Below are positions 35,674 to 46,532 of a stretch of DNA of 64,000 bases, in pieces (the first letter of the stretch is position 1; every line of letters begins with the position of its first letter). This DNA is from an uncultured Bacteroidales bacterium. Its GTDB lineage: Bacteria; Bacteroidota; Bacteroidia; Bacteroidales; P3. Below the pieces are notes generated by a model. That model searched no databases and had not been told where the DNA came from. It was given only the letters and a program-made list of their open reading frames with translations. The position numbers and the translations under genes are program-made. The stretch is from the NCBI GenBank assembly GCA_937876865.1, contig CALEFF010000040.1, forward strand, positions 231 to 64,230. The letters run 5' to 3'.

Positions 35674-38079
35674 ATGAAAACAAAGAATTACATTTATATA
35701 TTATTAATAATAGTTTTCTTTTCTTCTTGTGCACCTTCCAAATTCATAACAGAAGGAGGTTATCTTTTATCTAACACTAAGGTTGAATGTGATTCTAAAC
35801 TCATAGAAAAGTCCGACTTAAAAAACTTAATAAAACAAGACCCTAATGGTAGATTTCTCGGAATTAAATGGGGAATGTATTTCTACTCTTTCTCTGAGGT
35901 AGGAGATAAAGACTCAATCAATTTTCTTTCAAGAAGGGTTTTCAGAACCTTAGGTTCAAAACCTGTTGAAATCAATAATAAACTCACGAGAAATTCTGTT
36001 GAAGATATGAAAATATACCTTAACTCAAAAGGTGTATTTAATGCAAAAGTTAAAGATAGTCTTACCTTAGTTAGAAGGTGGTACGCACCTTGGACAACAT
36101 ACAAAAAAAGACGTAACGTAGTTTATAAAGTTGAAATTCCATCTCGTTACAAGGTCAATAATTTTTCTTTGTTTGCAAAAAATAATTCTTTGAAAAAAGA
36201 AATTATTTCTTTGAAATATTTAAATAAAGTAAAGAAAGGGGATTACTATGATGAAGATATTTTAAAGGAAATAAGAACAGAAGTTGCCGCTGATTTGAGA
36301 AGCAAGGGTTATTTTGCGTTTAATGAAAGTTATATAGAGTTTGCAATTGACACAAACTTAAAATCAAATGCTCTTAATATAGAAATGATTGTTAATCCAC
36401 CCTATAAAATGGAGAATGATACGATTGTAGAATCTACTCATAAACCATATAAAATCAATAAAGTGTTTGTTTATCCTGACTACTACCCTTCAACCTCATC
36501 TCTCTACACTCCTCCTATTGATACTTCTATTGTATTTCACCAACATCAAAAAAAATCAAAAGGTTCTGTTCTTTATTTTATTAGAAGTAAAAAACAATCA
36601 ATTAAAGATAAACCTATTGCACGAAGTATTTTACTACAAAAAGGTAATCTTTTCTCTCCTACTTTGGCAAAGAACACTTTTTCGGCTTTATCACAACTTC
36701 AAAACTTCAAATACATTGATATATCATTTCTACCTGTGGAAACAAAAACGCAAGAAGATACTTTATCTTTAGATTGTTTGATTAGACTCTCTATGGCAAA
36801 ACCTATAAACCTTACAGGTTCCTTTGAGTTTAATTTTTCTAACGCTAACAATAGTTTAAACATACAAAACACCTCTACTCTTGGGTCTGAATTAAATTTT
36901 GGTTTCTCTCACAATAATCTTTTTAAGGGTGCAGAGATTTTTTCTACAAATATCAAATTAGCAGCAGAGGTTCGTAGCGATATTTTTTCCAATAAAGGTG
37001 ATAACCGTTGGAGTTTTTTCAACGCCTTTGAATTTGGTTTTGATTTCGGAATAGAATTACCTCGTTTCTTAGCACCTTTTAGCACTAATTTCTACTCTAT
37101 GAATTTCCGTCCTCACACTTCGTTTAGAATGGCATTCAATACACAAAAAAGAACATACTTTGATAGAAACATTTCTACTTTAAATTACGAATATTCTTGG
37201 CGTACAAACAATCATAATATGTTTTCTTTTATTCCTTTGGAGGTAAACTATGTCGATTTAGAGATAACAGACGATAGTTATAACGATTTGATACAAAGTT
37301 TAGACAAAAGAATACAATATCAAATGACTGACCACATGGTTATGGACACTCGTTTTAGTTTTACTTACAATGGACAAGACCTTGACAAAAGAAGAAATTT
37401 CAATTACATTAGAACAAACATAGAAGCAGCAGGAAACTTTCTGTATTTACTAAGCAATGTTTTCAAACAATCAAAGAATGACAACGGACAATATGAGGTT
37501 TTCAATATCCCATATTCACAATACGTTAGAGCAGACTTTGATTTCATAAGGTATTTTTATTTAAACGAAAAAAGTAGCTTAGTTGCAAGAGTTTTTTCTG
37601 GTTGTGGATATTACTATGGCAATGCTAATAGCCTACCATACGAAAAGAGTTTCTTCGCAGGAGGAGCAAATAACAATAGAGCATGGCAATTAAGAGAATT
37701 AGGACCAGGAAGCAGTTCTCCTCAATCAGCATTAAGATTTGATAGAGCAGGAGATATTGCAATAGGAGGAAATATTGAATATCGTTTTCCTATAAGTGGA
37801 ATTTTTGAAGGGGCAACATTTATTGACATTGGAAACATTTGGACAATAAATGAACAAAAAGGATTTGAAGGAGGACAATTTGAATTTAAAGATTTTTATA
37901 AAGAATTTGCTATTGGAGCAGGTTTAGGACTTAGACTTAACATTCAATTCTTGATTATACGTTTAGATTTGGCAATGAAACTACACGACCCTTCCAAAGC
38001 AGAGAATCAAAGATGGGTAATAAAAGATACAAAATTTAAAGACTTACAATTACAATTTGGTATTGGATATCCATTTTAA
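35674..38079 (+). CDS. Omp85-family outer-membrane protein (TamA/BamA-like, POTRA plus barrel)
   Basis: This 801-aa protein has an N-terminal POTRA-like region and a C-terminal barrel with FFAGGANNNRAW and a terminal ...FGIGYPF. Confidence 0.75.
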   Translation: MKTKNYIYILLIIVFFSSCAPSKFITEGGYLLSNTKVECDSKLIEKSDLKNLIKQDPNGRFLGIKWGMYFYSFSEVGDKDSINFLSRRVFRTLGSKPVEINNKLTRNSVEDMKIYLNSKGVFNAKVKDSLTLVRRWYAPWTTYKKRRNVVYKVEIPSRYKVNNFSLFAKNNSLKKEIISLKYLNKVKKGDYYDEDILKEIRTEVAADLRSKGYFAFNESYIEFAIDTNLKSNALNIEMIVNPPYKMENDTIVESTHKPYKINKVFVYPDYYPSTSSLYTPPIDTSIVFHQHQKKSKGSVLYFIRSKKQSIKDKPIARSILLQKGNLFSPTLAKNTFSALSQLQNFKYIDISFLPVETKTQEDTLSLDCLIRLSMAKPINLTGSFEFNFSNANNSLNIQNTSTLGSELNFGFSHNNLFKGAEIFSTNIKLAAEVRSDIFSNKGDNRWSFFNAFEFGFDFGIELPRFLAPFSTNFYSMNFRPHTSFRMAFNTQKRTYFDRNISTLNYEYSWRTNNHNMFSFIPLEVNYVDLEITDDSYNDLIQSLDKRIQYQMTDHMVMDTRFSFTYNGQDLDKRRNFNYIRTNIEAAGNFLYLLSNVFKQSKNDNGQYEVFNIPYSQYVRADFDFIRYFYLNEKSSLVARVFSGCGYYYGNANSLPYEKSFFAGGANNNRAWQLRELGPGSSSPQSALRFDRAGDIAIGGNIEYRFPISGIFEGATFIDIGNIWTINEQKGFEGGQFEFKDFYKEFAIGAGLGLRLNIQFLIIRLDLAMKLHDPSKAENQRWVIKDTKFKDLQLQFGIGYPF

Positions 38080-38083
38080 TTAT

Positions 38084-38091
38084 TATTTTTG
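38084..38091 (+). promoter_or_regulatory. -7 promoter box TATTTTTG for the MFS transporter / clpX string
   Basis: The sequence matches TAnnTTTG and lies 21 nt upstream of the ATG at 38112. Confidence 0.4.
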
Positions 38092-38111
38092 CAAACTAAA
38101 AAACATTTGAT

Positions 38112-39362
38112 ATGAAGAAAAATAATTACATGTTTAGCCTTTCAATCATAGGCTTGTTGTATTTTGTATTTGGATTTGTAACTTGGTTAAACAGCTTACT
38201 TATCCCATTCTTAAAAACCGCTTGCGAACTTCCCGACTCACAAGCATATTGGGTTACATTTGCATTCTACATTTCTTACTTTGTTATGTCAATTCCTTCT
38301 TCGTGGATATTAAAAAAGACAGGATTTGCAAAAGGAATGAGTTTAGGATTACTTGTTATGGCAATAGGTTCAATACTCTTTATTCCTGCTGCACAAAGTA
38401 GAGATTATATGATGTTTTTAGTTGGTTTATTCATTCAAGGCACAGGACTTGCTTTATTGCAAACAGCAGTTAATCCATACGTTACTATACTTGGCCCAAT
38501 AGAATCGGCAGCAAAAAGAATGTCTATTATGGGATTATTCAACAAATGTGCAGGAATGATTGGCATTTTGTTAATAAGTAGTGTTTTATTTTCAGGTATG
38601 GACGAAATAACTGCAAATATTGCAAACCTAACAGGAGCAGAAAAAGATGCTCAATTAGACCTTTTAGCAATGAGAATCAAAACTCCTTACATTGTTATCA
38701 CAACTCTATTGTGTCTTTTAGCGTTAATGGTTATGTTAGCAAAACTTCCTGAGGTTGAAAACGAAGATGAAACACAAAAAGATAAAACCCAAAAATCTAT
38801 ATTTAAAATTCCATATCTTTGGTTAGGCGTTTTAACATTATTCTTATACGTTGGAGTTGAAGTAATAGCAATAGACACCTTAGGATTATATGCCGAAACA
38901 CAAGGAATTTCAAAAACAATTGCTCCAAAATTAGGAACATTTAGTTTAATCGCACTTACAATAGGTTATATCTTAGGAATATTCCTTGTACCAAAGAGAA
39001 TCAATCAATCACAAGCACTTGCACTATCTGCAATCTTAGGATTTGTATTTGCAACCTTTGCAATAATCACACAAGGTATGACCTCTATCATATTTATTAT
39101 ACTATTAAGTTTTTCACATGCAATGATGTGGCCTGCAATTTGGCCATTATCAATAGACAAACTTGGTTCTCACACCGCTCTTGCCTCTGCTTTATTGATT
39201 ATGGCAATCGCTGGTGGAGCAGTTTTACCACTATTGTATGGTAGTTTTGTAGATTTATTAGACGGAAACAGACAATTACCTTATATAATGACACTTCCTT
39301 GTTACGCGATGATATTCTATTTCGCTCTTTGGGGACATAAGGTAGGTAAAAACAAAGAATAA
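38112..39362 (+). CDS. Sugar MFS transporter (FucP/GluP glucose-galactose-fucose:H+ symporter family)
   Basis: This 416-aa protein has 12 predicted helices. The N-terminal pattern (FGFVTWLNSLLIPFLK) is typical of the FucP/GluP subfamily. Confidence 0.8.
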   Translation: MKKNNYMFSLSIIGLLYFVFGFVTWLNSLLIPFLKTACELPDSQAYWVTFAFYISYFVMSIPSSWILKKTGFAKGMSLGLLVMAIGSILFIPAAQSRDYMMFLVGLFIQGTGLALLQTAVNPYVTILGPIESAAKRMSIMGLFNKCAGMIGILLISSVLFSGMDEITANIANLTGAEKDAQLDLLAMRIKTPYIVITTLLCLLALMVMLAKLPEVENEDETQKDKTQKSIFKIPYLWLGVLTLFLYVGVEVIAIDTLGLYAETQGISKTIAPKLGTFSLIALTIGYILGIFLVPKRINQSQALALSAILGFVFATFAIITQGMTSIIFIILLSFSHAMMWPAIWPLSIDKLGSHTALASALLIMAIAGGAVLPLLYGSFVDLLDGNRQLPYIMTLPCYAMIFYFALWGHKVGKNKE

Positions 39363-39371
39363 TTCTTAGAA

Positions 39372-40607
39372 ATGAAAGATAAAAACTCAAAAATCTATTG
39401 TATTTTTTGTGGAAGAAGTGAAGGACAAGTTCCTTTGATGATTAAATCAGAATTAGGTCTTCAAGGCGTTTGCATAGACTGTGCAAACGCTTTGAACGAT
39501 ATAGCAAGAGAACAAAAAAACAAACAATCAAAAAAAGAAGTTGATAACTACGAGATAAAAACACCTTCTCAAATAAAAGCATATCTTGACCAATATGTAA
39601 TAGGACAAGACGAAGCAAAACGCGTTCTATCAGTTGCAGTTTACAATCACTACAAGAGATTGAAATATTTTCATTCCAACGAAGAGAAAGATGATGTTGA
39701 AATAGAAAAATCAAACATCATAATGGTAGGTCAAACAGGAACAGGAAAAACTCTTTTAGCACGTACAATCGCACGCTTATTAGATGTTCCTTTTTGCATA
39801 GCAGACGCAACCGTTCTAACAGAAGCAGGATATGTTGGAGAAGATGTAGAAACAGTTCTAACACGTTTACTGCAAGCAGCAGACTATAACGTAGAAAAAG
39901 CATGCAGAGGAATTGTTTTTATTGACGAAATAGACAAAATTGCAAGAAAAAGCGACAACCCTTCCATAACAAGAGATGTAAGTGGCGAAGGAGTACAACA
40001 AGCATTATTAAAATTATTGGAAGGAACAATTGTAAACGTTCCACCACAAGGAGGAAGGAAACACCCTGACCAAAAATACATACAAGTAGACACAAGAAAT
40101 ATTTTATTTATTGCCTCAGGTGCATTCAATTCTTTGGAAAAGAAAATTGCACTTCGTTTAAATTCCAATACCATTGGTTATTCCGCATCGGAAAATCGCA
40201 AAAAAGTGGAAGAAAAAGACTTAATAAAATACGTTCAACCACAAGATTTAAAAAGTTTTGGTTTAATTCCCGAATTGATTGGACGTTTTCCTGTACTAAC
40301 TCACTTAGACGCCTTAGACAAAGCAGCACTAAAAAGAATACTTACCGAACCTAAAAACTCTTTAATAAAGCAATACGTAAAACTTTTAGAGATTGACGGA
40401 GTGAAATTAAGTTTTAAAGAAGATGCCTTAGACTATTTTGTAGAGATTGCAGAAAAACATAGTCTTGGAGCAAGAGGATTGAGAGGAATTGTAGAGAGTG
40501 TGATGACAGAATTGATGTTTGAACTACCTGGAAGCAACACAAAAGAATTTGTTATCACAAAAAAATACGCTCAATCGCAAATTGAAAAACATAAAGACAA
40601 ATTTTAA
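39372..40607 (+). CDS. clpX: ATP-dependent Clp protease ATP-binding subunit ClpX
   Basis: It has the zinc finger CIFCGR...CIDC, the Walker A motif GQTGTGKT and the Walker B motif IVFIDEIDK, plus [14 protein letters not shown]. Confidence 0.95.
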   Translation: MKDKNSKIYCIFCGRSEGQVPLMIKSELGLQGVCIDCANALNDIAREQKNKQSKKEVDNYEIKTPSQIKAYLDQYVIGQDEAKRVLSVAVYNHYKRLKYFHSNEEKDDVEIEKSNIIMVGQTGTGKTLLARTIARLLDVPFCIADATVLTEAGYVGEDVETVLTRLLQAADYNVEKACRGIVFIDEIDKIARKSDNPSITRDVSGEGVQQALLKLLEGTIVNVPPQGGRKHPDQKYIQVDTRNILFIASGAFNSLEKKIALRLNSNTIGYSASENRKKVEEKDLIKYVQPQDLKSFGLIPELIGRFPVLTHLDALDKAALKRILTEPKNSLIKQYVKLLEIDGVKLSFKEDALDYFVEIAEKHSLGARGLRGIVESVMTELMFELPGSNTKEFVITKKYAQSQIEKHKDKF

Positions 40608-40609
40608 AA

Positions 40610-41194
40610 ATGAAAAAGACTTTAATAATCCTATTTCTTTTAATTAGTTATTTTGCAAAATCACAAGTTAGTGATGGACATGTGGTTTTTGGGACAATTT
40701 ATCAAGGAGATACCATTCCGATGGCATATCTCAACACCGTTAAAGTAACAGGATATGTTTGTCCTCTTACGGAAGCAGAAAAGAAAAAATACAAAAAACT
40801 AATTAAAAACGTCAAAAAAGTCTATCCTTATGCCAAAGAAGCAGGACGTTTATTAGATAGTTATACCCTTGTTTTAAAATCTGCTAAAAACGATTCGCAA
40901 AGAAAAAAGATAATGAAACAAGCAGAAACAGATATTGAAAATAAATTTGGTCCAAAACTAAAAAAACTAAATAAAGCACAAGGAAAAATCTTAATACGAT
41001 TGATTGACAGAGAAACAGGTAGCGATTCTTACGCTTTGGTAAAAGATTTAAGAGGAAGTTTCCGTGCAGCATTTTATCAAACACTTGGAAAAATCTTTGG
41101 ATACAATCTTCGCTCAAAATATGACCCTGTAAACAACTCCGAAGATAGAATGATAGAGAGAATTATCTTTGCAATAGAAACAAAAAAGATATAA
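40610..41194 (+). CDS. Secreted hypothetical protein (DUF4294-like, Bacteroidota-specific)
   Basis: It has a signal peptide and is K-rich, with the block LIDRETGSDSYALVKDLRGSFRAAFYQ. The family name is from memory only. Confidence 0.45.
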   Translation: MKKTLIILFLLISYFAKSQVSDGHVVFGTIYQGDTIPMAYLNTVKVTGYVCPLTEAEKKKYKKLIKNVKKVYPYAKEAGRLLDSYTLVLKSAKNDSQRKKIMKQAETDIENKFGPKLKKLNKAQGKILIRLIDRETGSDSYALVKDLRGSFRAAFYQTLGKIFGYNLRSKYDPVNNSEDRMIERIIFAIETKKI

Positions 41195-41199
41195 ATAAT

Positions 41200-41979
41200 A
41201 TGTATGGATTATGTTTGCTTTCTGTTGTTGCTTTAAGAAGCGAGGCAAAAGAGAGTTCTGAACAAATATCTCAATTAATTTTTGGGGACACTTTCACAAT
41301 TCTCAAAGAAGAGGGCGATTGGACATTTATAAAACTCTCATTTGATAACTACGAGGGTTGGATTAGCAGAAAGCAATACATAAAAATCTCCTCAGAAGAA
41401 TACTTTGTACTAACTAAATCAAAACCCTTATACACCTCTCTCCCACTAACAAAAGTAAAAATTGAAGACATAAAAACTTCAAAGACACATATAATAAACG
41501 CACCAATAGGAAGCAGATTATTATCTAAATCTTATAGAGTTAATTTCTTTAAAATAGAACTTTTACAAGATTATTTAACACCACCTATTAAACTTACAAA
41601 ACAAAGTTTAGAAGAAATAACAAGACTTTTTGATAGAGTGCCTTATCTATGGGGAGGAAAAAGTATTTTTGGCATAGATTGCTCAGGGTTTTCTCAAACA
41701 ATATTCAAGTTTTTTGGCATAAACCTATTAAGAGATGCTTCTTTGCAAATCACACAAGGCGAAAAAGTAGCAAATCTCTCACAAGCAAAAGCAGGAGATT
41801 TAGCATTCTTTTCTTCCCAAAGCGGAAAAATCACTCATGTCGGCATTTTGCTATCTAATTCTAAAATAGTACACGCCTCAGGTTTTGTAAGAACCGATAG
41901 AATTGATGAAAAAGGCATAATAAGAGAAGAAGACAAAACCTATTCTCACACACTTTGCCAAATAAATCGCTACTTTTAA
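41200..41979 (+). CDS. NlpC/P60 (C40) cell-wall peptidase with N-terminal SH3-like domain
   Basis: The catalytic cysteine context is YLWGGKSIFGIDCSGF and the histidine context is ITHVGILL. Confidence 0.85.
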   Translation: MYGLCLLSVVALRSEAKESSEQISQLIFGDTFTILKEEGDWTFIKLSFDNYEGWISRKQYIKISSEEYFVLTKSKPLYTSLPLTKVKIEDIKTSKTHIINAPIGSRLLSKSYRVNFFKIELLQDYLTPPIKLTKQSLEEITRLFDRVPYLWGGKSIFGIDCSGFSQTIFKFFGINLLRDASLQITQGEKVANLSQAKAGDLAFFSSQSGKITHVGILLSNSKIVHASGFVRTDRIDEKGIIREEDKTYSHTLCQINRYF

Positions 41980-41986
41980 ATTTTTT

Positions 41987-42016
41987 TTCTTTGATTTATT
42001 TTGAAAAAGCAAAGAA
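41987..42016. terminator. AT-rich hairpin of the TTCTTTGATTT/AAAGCAAAGAA family between convergent genes
   Basis: TTCTTTGATTT (41987-41997) pairs with AAAGCAAAGAA (42006-42016) with one A.G mismatch. This is the same architecture as at 54232-54257. Confidence 0.5.
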
Positions 42017-42499
42017 TTATTTTTCTGATGTTTTGAATACAAAAATCTTATTCAAAAAGAAGGAAAGTATTGCGTTTGGTAAAAGGGTAATTGCTTGCCC
42101 TATTACGTCTCCTACTTTGTTTTGATTGATAGGAAGTGTGTCTAAGAAATCTAATATCGGCAAAGAGAGTATGTATTCATAAATATTAGAAGAGTCTAAT
42201 AGGTATAGTTCGCCTAAATTAAAGAGATAGACTACTCCATAAACCATAAAGAATTGTAAAATCAAGCGATTGCTTTTGTTTGCAAAGACAATGTAACCTG
42301 TTGTTTTGTAGTTGAAAAGTATTCCAAGGAAATTCGCACATAAAAGGGCGATTGAGTAGTGCATTCCAAACCAAATGAATAGCACAAACAACCCATAACC
42401 AAACAAAGTATTGATTACGCCTACAAAAAGAAAGCGAATGAATTTGTTTTCTATCTTTTGTAATAATCTAATAGGATATAGAATCAGTTTATTCAACAT
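42017..42499 (-). CDS. GtrA-family membrane protein
   Basis: This 160-aa protein has four helices and the N-terminal pattern RFLFVGVINTLFGYGLF typical of GtrA-like proteins. Confidence 0.75.
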   Translation of the reverse strand: MLNKLILYPIRLLQKIENKFIRFLFVGVINTLFGYGLFVLFIWFGMHYSIALLCANFLGILFNYKTTGYIVFANKSNRLILQFFMVYGVVYLFNLGELYLLDSSNIYEYILSLPILDFLDTLPINQNKVGDVIGQAITLLPNAILSFFLNKIFVFKTSEK

Positions 42500-42519
42500 T
42501 TCATAAAATTTTTAGGGTG

Positions 42520-42527
42520 CAAAAATA
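42520..42527 (-). promoter_or_regulatory. -7 promoter box TATTTTTG for the gtrA-like gene
   Basis: The minus-strand sequence TATTTTTG lies 21 nt upstream of the ATG at 42499. Confidence 0.4.
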
Positions 42528-42560
42528 GTAATAAAATCCTAAATTTTTCATTTCTTTTTG

Positions 42561-42568
42561 TATCTTTG
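42561..42568 (+). promoter_or_regulatory. -7 promoter box TATCTTTG for the surE-lpxB string
   Basis: The sequence matches TAnnTTTG and lies 28 nt upstream of the ATG at 42596. Confidence 0.45.
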
Positions 42569-42595
42569 CCTTTTATATTAGGGTAATAGTAGATT

Positions 42596-43366
42596 ATGGA
42601 AAGTAAAAAACCACTGATTTTCATAACTAATGATGATAGTTATTTTTCAAAAGGCATTAGTGTGTTGATTCGCTTAATGAAACAATTAGGTGATGTGATT
42701 GTTGTTGCACCTAAGGACGAAATGTCGGGAAAAAGTCATTCAATTACCTCAAATGCTCCTTTGAAATTAAAGACGATGGAAATTTCTTCGGGGTATGAGG
42801 GGTATATATTAAACGGAACGCCTGTTGATTGTGTGAAAATAGCAATCAATAAGATACTTGCTAATAGGAAAATAGACCTTTTGGTTTCGGGAATCAATCA
42901 CGGAAGCAACGCATCTATCAATACAATTTATTCTGGCACTATGGCGGCAGTTTTTGAGGGGTGTGCAGAAAATATTCCAAGCGTTGGGTTTTCTATTGAC
43001 ACTGCAAACAAAGACGCTGACTTTACAAACTGCGAAGAAATCATTACATCAATTTGTAAAGACGTTCTTGCTAATGGTTTAGAGCAAGGAGTTTGTTTAA
43101 ATGTTAATTTTCCTGTGGGAGAAATCAAAGGTGTAAAGGTTTGTCATCAAGCAAAAGCGTATTGGGAAGAAGAATTTGTGGAATATAAAACACCTCATGG
43201 CGAACCTTATTATTGGTTGAGTGGAACATATCATTGTTTGGACAATTCTCCTAAGGCAGATTATCTTGCAATGCAACAGTCCTATGCAAGCGTTGTGCCG
43301 ATGCAAGTAGATTTCACTGCATATAAAGTAATGGAAGAAATAAAAAATAGATTTGAAAAATGTTAA
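42596..43366 (+). CDS. surE: 5'/3'-nucleotidase SurE
   Basis: It has the motifs IFITNDDS, SGINHGSN and YSGTMAA. Confidence 0.93.
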   Translation: MESKKPLIFITNDDSYFSKGISVLIRLMKQLGDVIVVAPKDEMSGKSHSITSNAPLKLKTMEISSGYEGYILNGTPVDCVKIAINKILANRKIDLLVSGINHGSNASINTIYSGTMAAVFEGCAENIPSVGFSIDTANKDADFTNCEEIITSICKDVLANGLEQGVCLNVNFPVGEIKGVKVCHQAKAYWEEEFVEYKTPHGEPYYWLSGTYHCLDNSPKADYLAMQQSYASVVPMQVDFTAYKVMEEIKNRFEKC

Positions 43367-43638
43367 AAAAAGATAATTTTTGGATTGGGTTAATTCTTGG
43401 CGTAGTAATTTGTTTGGTTTCAATAGGTGTGATTTATCTTTGCTTACACCTTTTGAATTGTTCTATAAACGATAATGCAAAACTATTCTTATTTGCCTTT
43501 GTGCCTGATATTTTACTACTTCGTTACTATGCAAAGAAACAATTTTCCAAAGCGACAAAAGGACTAATCTTGATTTTAGTTTTTGGATTCTGCCTCTTAC
43601 TATATTTGTTAAACTTTATTGGAGGGTTAAATTTTTAG
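43360..43638 (+). CDS. Small hypothetical membrane protein
   Basis: This 92-aa protein has three predicted helices. Its start overlaps the surE stop (ATGTTAA), which suggests translational coupling. Confidence 0.45.
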   Translation: MLKKDNFWIGLILGVVICLVSIGVIYLCLHLLNCSINDNAKLFLFAFVPDILLLRYYAKKQFSKATKGLILILVFGFCLLLYLLNFIGGLNF

Positions 43639-43657
43639 TTCTTAATTTTTTACGACT

Positions 43658-44791
43658 ATGAAATATTATATAATAGCAGGGGAACATTCAGGAGATTTAC
43701 ACGCTTCCTTCCTAATGAAAGAAATAAAACTTAGAGACAAAGATGCTGAGTTTCGTTTTTGGGGAGGAGATAAAATGATTGCACAAGATAGCGAAAAAAA
43801 CTTAGTAAAACACATAAAAGAACTTGCGATTATGGGTTTTATTGAGGTAGTTATGAATCTGAGAACTGTTTTAGGCAATCTATCTCTTTGCAAAAAGGAC
43901 TTACTTGCTTGGAAACCCGATGCTCTTATTTTGGTAGATTATCCTGGTTTTAATTTAAGAATAGCAAAGTTTGCACATAAGAACGGAATTAAAAACTATT
44001 ACTATATCTCTCCACAAGTTTGGGCATGGAAAAAGGGAAGAATTAAAACAATGAAAAAGATTCTTGAAAAACTTTATGTTATTCTACCTTTTGAAAAAGA
44101 GTTTTACGCAAAACATTCAATGGAAGTTGAATATAAGGGTAATCCTTTGTTAGACGAAATACACGATTACTCTCTTAATGCAGATAAACAAGCATTTTTA
44201 GAGAGATATGATTTAGGAAAGAAACCTATTGTAGCACTTCTTCCTGGTTCTCGCACACAGGAAATAAAGAAAATGCTTCCTATTCAATTGTCCTTAGTAG
44301 ATAAATATTCGGATTTTGATTTCATTATCGCAGGGGTGAATAGTCATAGCGAAGAATATTATCGCAGTTTCATTGGAGAGAGAAAGAATGTAAAACTTAT
44401 TTACGACAATACTTACTCTATACTCAACAATGCTCACTGTGCAGTTGTTACCTCTGGCACTGCAACGCTTGAAACTGCACTTTTCAATGTTCCTGAGGTT
44501 GTTTGCTATAAGGCAAATGCACTTTCGTTTCTTGCTGCTAAGTATTTAGTGAAAATTCAATACATCTCCTTAGTCAATATCATACTAAAAGAGAGTGCAG
44601 TTGTAGAATTACTACAAGATAAATGGAATGAGGATTGTTTAGAAAAAGAATTTAAGAAAATATGTTTTGATGAAACTTATAGAGAACAAATGAAATATTT
44701 ATTCAATAAACTAAAAAACATATTAGGAGATAGCGGAGCATCGCCCTCTATTGCACAATCGATAATAGAAGACTTAAACAAGAAAAAATGA
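43658..44791 (+). CDS. lpxB: Lipid-A-disaccharide synthase
   Basis: It has the N-terminus YYIIAGEHSGDLHAS, then ISPQVWAWKKGR and LPGSRTQEI. Confidence 0.92.
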   Translation: MKYYIIAGEHSGDLHASFLMKEIKLRDKDAEFRFWGGDKMIAQDSEKNLVKHIKELAIMGFIEVVMNLRTVLGNLSLCKKDLLAWKPDALILVDYPGFNLRIAKFAHKNGIKNYYYISPQVWAWKKGRIKTMKKILEKLYVILPFEKEFYAKHSMEVEYKGNPLLDEIHDYSLNADKQAFLERYDLGKKPIVALLPGSRTQEIKKMLPIQLSLVDKYSDFDFIIAGVNSHSEEYYRSFIGERKNVKLIYDNTYSILNNAHCAVVTSGTATLETALFNVPEVVCYKANALSFLAAKYLVKIQYISLVNIILKESAVVELLQDKWNEDCLEKEFKKICFDETYREQMKYLFNKLKNILGDSGASPSIAQSIIEDLNKKK

Positions 44792-45927
44792 AAAAGATAT
44801 TTTTAATTCTAACCCTAATATTTGCTTTCAATTTCACTGCTTTTTCGCAAGCAAGTAGTGTTGAAAACCTAAGAATACGCCTATTTAGTGATAAAAACAT
44901 TGAAGAAGTAATGTTTATTCCTTCTTTTGGGAGTTATTTCTTAGAAACCGAAAAAGGAGATAAAATAAAATTAAGCAAAACTACCAAACTAATAGTAAAA
45001 GACTTAGATGGGCAATTGGAAATAAAGATAAACGACACGATATACAAAAAGGCAAAAAAAATAAATTTAACGCCAAGTGGTTTAAAATCTTTCTTTCAAA
45101 TAAAACCTTTAAAACCTCAAATTACTGAAAGAAGATATGAAGATGGTTTAGAAATAACAAGTAAAAACAAATCCTTATTTATAATCAATATTGTAAAAAC
45201 AGAAAACTATATTGCAGGAGTTGTGCAAAGCGAAACTTGGGGTGCAACAACTAACATAGATTTCTTTAAGGTACAAGCAATATGTTGTAGAAACTATTTG
45301 ATGAATAATTTAGAAAAACACGCCGAAGAGGGTTATAATCTTTGCGATGGAGTTCATTGTCAGGCATATAAAACAAGGGCAAATAAAAAAGAAGTAACCG
45401 AAGGGGCATATAAAAGTAAAGGAGAAGTAATAGTAGATTCACAAGGTAATATAATAGAGACTCTTTTCCATTCTAATTCAGGCGGAGAGACTGTTAATGC
45501 AAAAGATGTGTGGGGAAAAGATGTGCCATATTTAGTTAGCGTTGAAGATAGTTTTTCAGTAGGAGGGAAACACTATCAATGGGAAAAATACATAAAATTA
45601 AAAGATTGGTTAAACTATTTTCGTAACAAAGGATTAAAAACTAAGGACAAAGAAATAGAAGATGCCCTACTAAACTTTTCACAACAAGAGGGTAGAAAAA
45701 CCGATATAATGGGCATTTCGCTTAAAACCATAAGAGAAGACTTTGATTTAAAATCCACTTATTTCAACGTACAAAAATGGGGTGGTGAAGTAAAACTCAC
45801 AGGCAAAGGATATGGACATGGAGTTGGAATGAGTCAAGAAGGAGCAATAAAAATGTGTGAAGAGGGTTATGAATATTGGGAAGTAATTGAACATTATTTT
45901 AAAGGAGTAAAAGTAATAAAACAATAA
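44788..45927 (+). CDS. SpoIID/LytB domain protein
   Basis: After a signal peptide it has FHSNSGGETVNAKDVWG and GHGVGMSQEGA. The start overlaps the lpxB stop (ATGA). Confidence 0.85.
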   Translation: MKKIFLILTLIFAFNFTAFSQASSVENLRIRLFSDKNIEEVMFIPSFGSYFLETEKGDKIKLSKTTKLIVKDLDGQLEIKINDTIYKKAKKINLTPSGLKSFFQIKPLKPQITERRYEDGLEITSKNKSLFIINIVKTENYIAGVVQSETWGATTNIDFFKVQAICCRNYLMNNLEKHAEEGYNLCDGVHCQAYKTRANKKEVTEGAYKSKGEVIVDSQGNIIETLFHSNSGGETVNAKDVWGKDVPYLVSVEDSFSVGGKHYQWEKYIKLKDWLNYFRNKGLKTKDKEIEDALLNFSQQEGRKTDIMGISLKTIREDFDLKSTYFNVQKWGGEVKLTGKGYGHGVGMSQEGAIKMCEEGYEYWEVIEHYFKGVKVIKQ

Positions 45928-45947
45928 TAACAAAAAACAAGAAAACT

Positions 45948-46529
45948 ATGAACAGTAAGAAAATCATTTTTAGTTTATTATTCTTAACACTTGGACTATT
46001 TGGTGTTGCACAAGAGAAAATAAATTGGACAAAAATTAACAAAGTAGAAAAACAAATGGCGAAAAAAGAGAATGCTAATAAGAAATACTTTGTTGATTGC
46101 TACACAGATTGGTGTGGTTGGTGTAAAAAAATGGATAGCGACACCTTTTCCGACACTTTAATTGCTAAGTTAATGAATCATTATTTTGTTGCTTCAAAAT
46201 TCAATGCAGAAGAAAAAGATGATGTAGTTATAAATGGAAAAACTTATCAAAATCCAAACTATGATGCTAACGCAAAAAGAAAAACTGCACATCAACTTGC
46301 TTATTATTTATTGAATAATCGTCTTTCTTATCCTTCTTTTTCTATTTTGGATAAGGATTTTAATGTAATTACTGTTGTACCTGGTTATTATCCTGCACAA
46401 GAATTTGAAAAAGTTATTGTTTTCATCGGAGAGGATTATTACAAAAACTTATCTTTTGAAACTTTCTCAAAAGAATATGCCGAAAAATATAGAGCAGAGG
46501 TATTAAAAAAAGTATATTCTGAAAAATAA
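45948..46529 (+). CDS. Secreted thioredoxin-fold protein
   Basis: It has a signal peptide and the redox motif DWCGWCKKMD. Confidence 0.8.
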   Translation: MNSKKIIFSLLFLTLGLFGVAQEKINWTKINKVEKQMAKKENANKKYFVDCYTDWCGWCKKMDSDTFSDTLIAKLMNHYFVASKFNAEEKDDVVINGKTYQNPNYDANAKRKTAHQLAYYLLNNRLSYPSFSILDKDFNVITVVPGYYPAQEFEKVIVFIGEDYYKNLSFETFSKEYAEKYRAEVLKKVYSEK

Positions 46530-46532
46530 ACT

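Noticed and set aside
39372-40607. clpX has no adjacent clpP or tig, and follows an MFS sugar transporter with a 9-nt gap.
   Set aside because: This is only a gene-order difference. clpP is presumably encoded elsewhere, and the sequence gives no sign that clpX is atypical.
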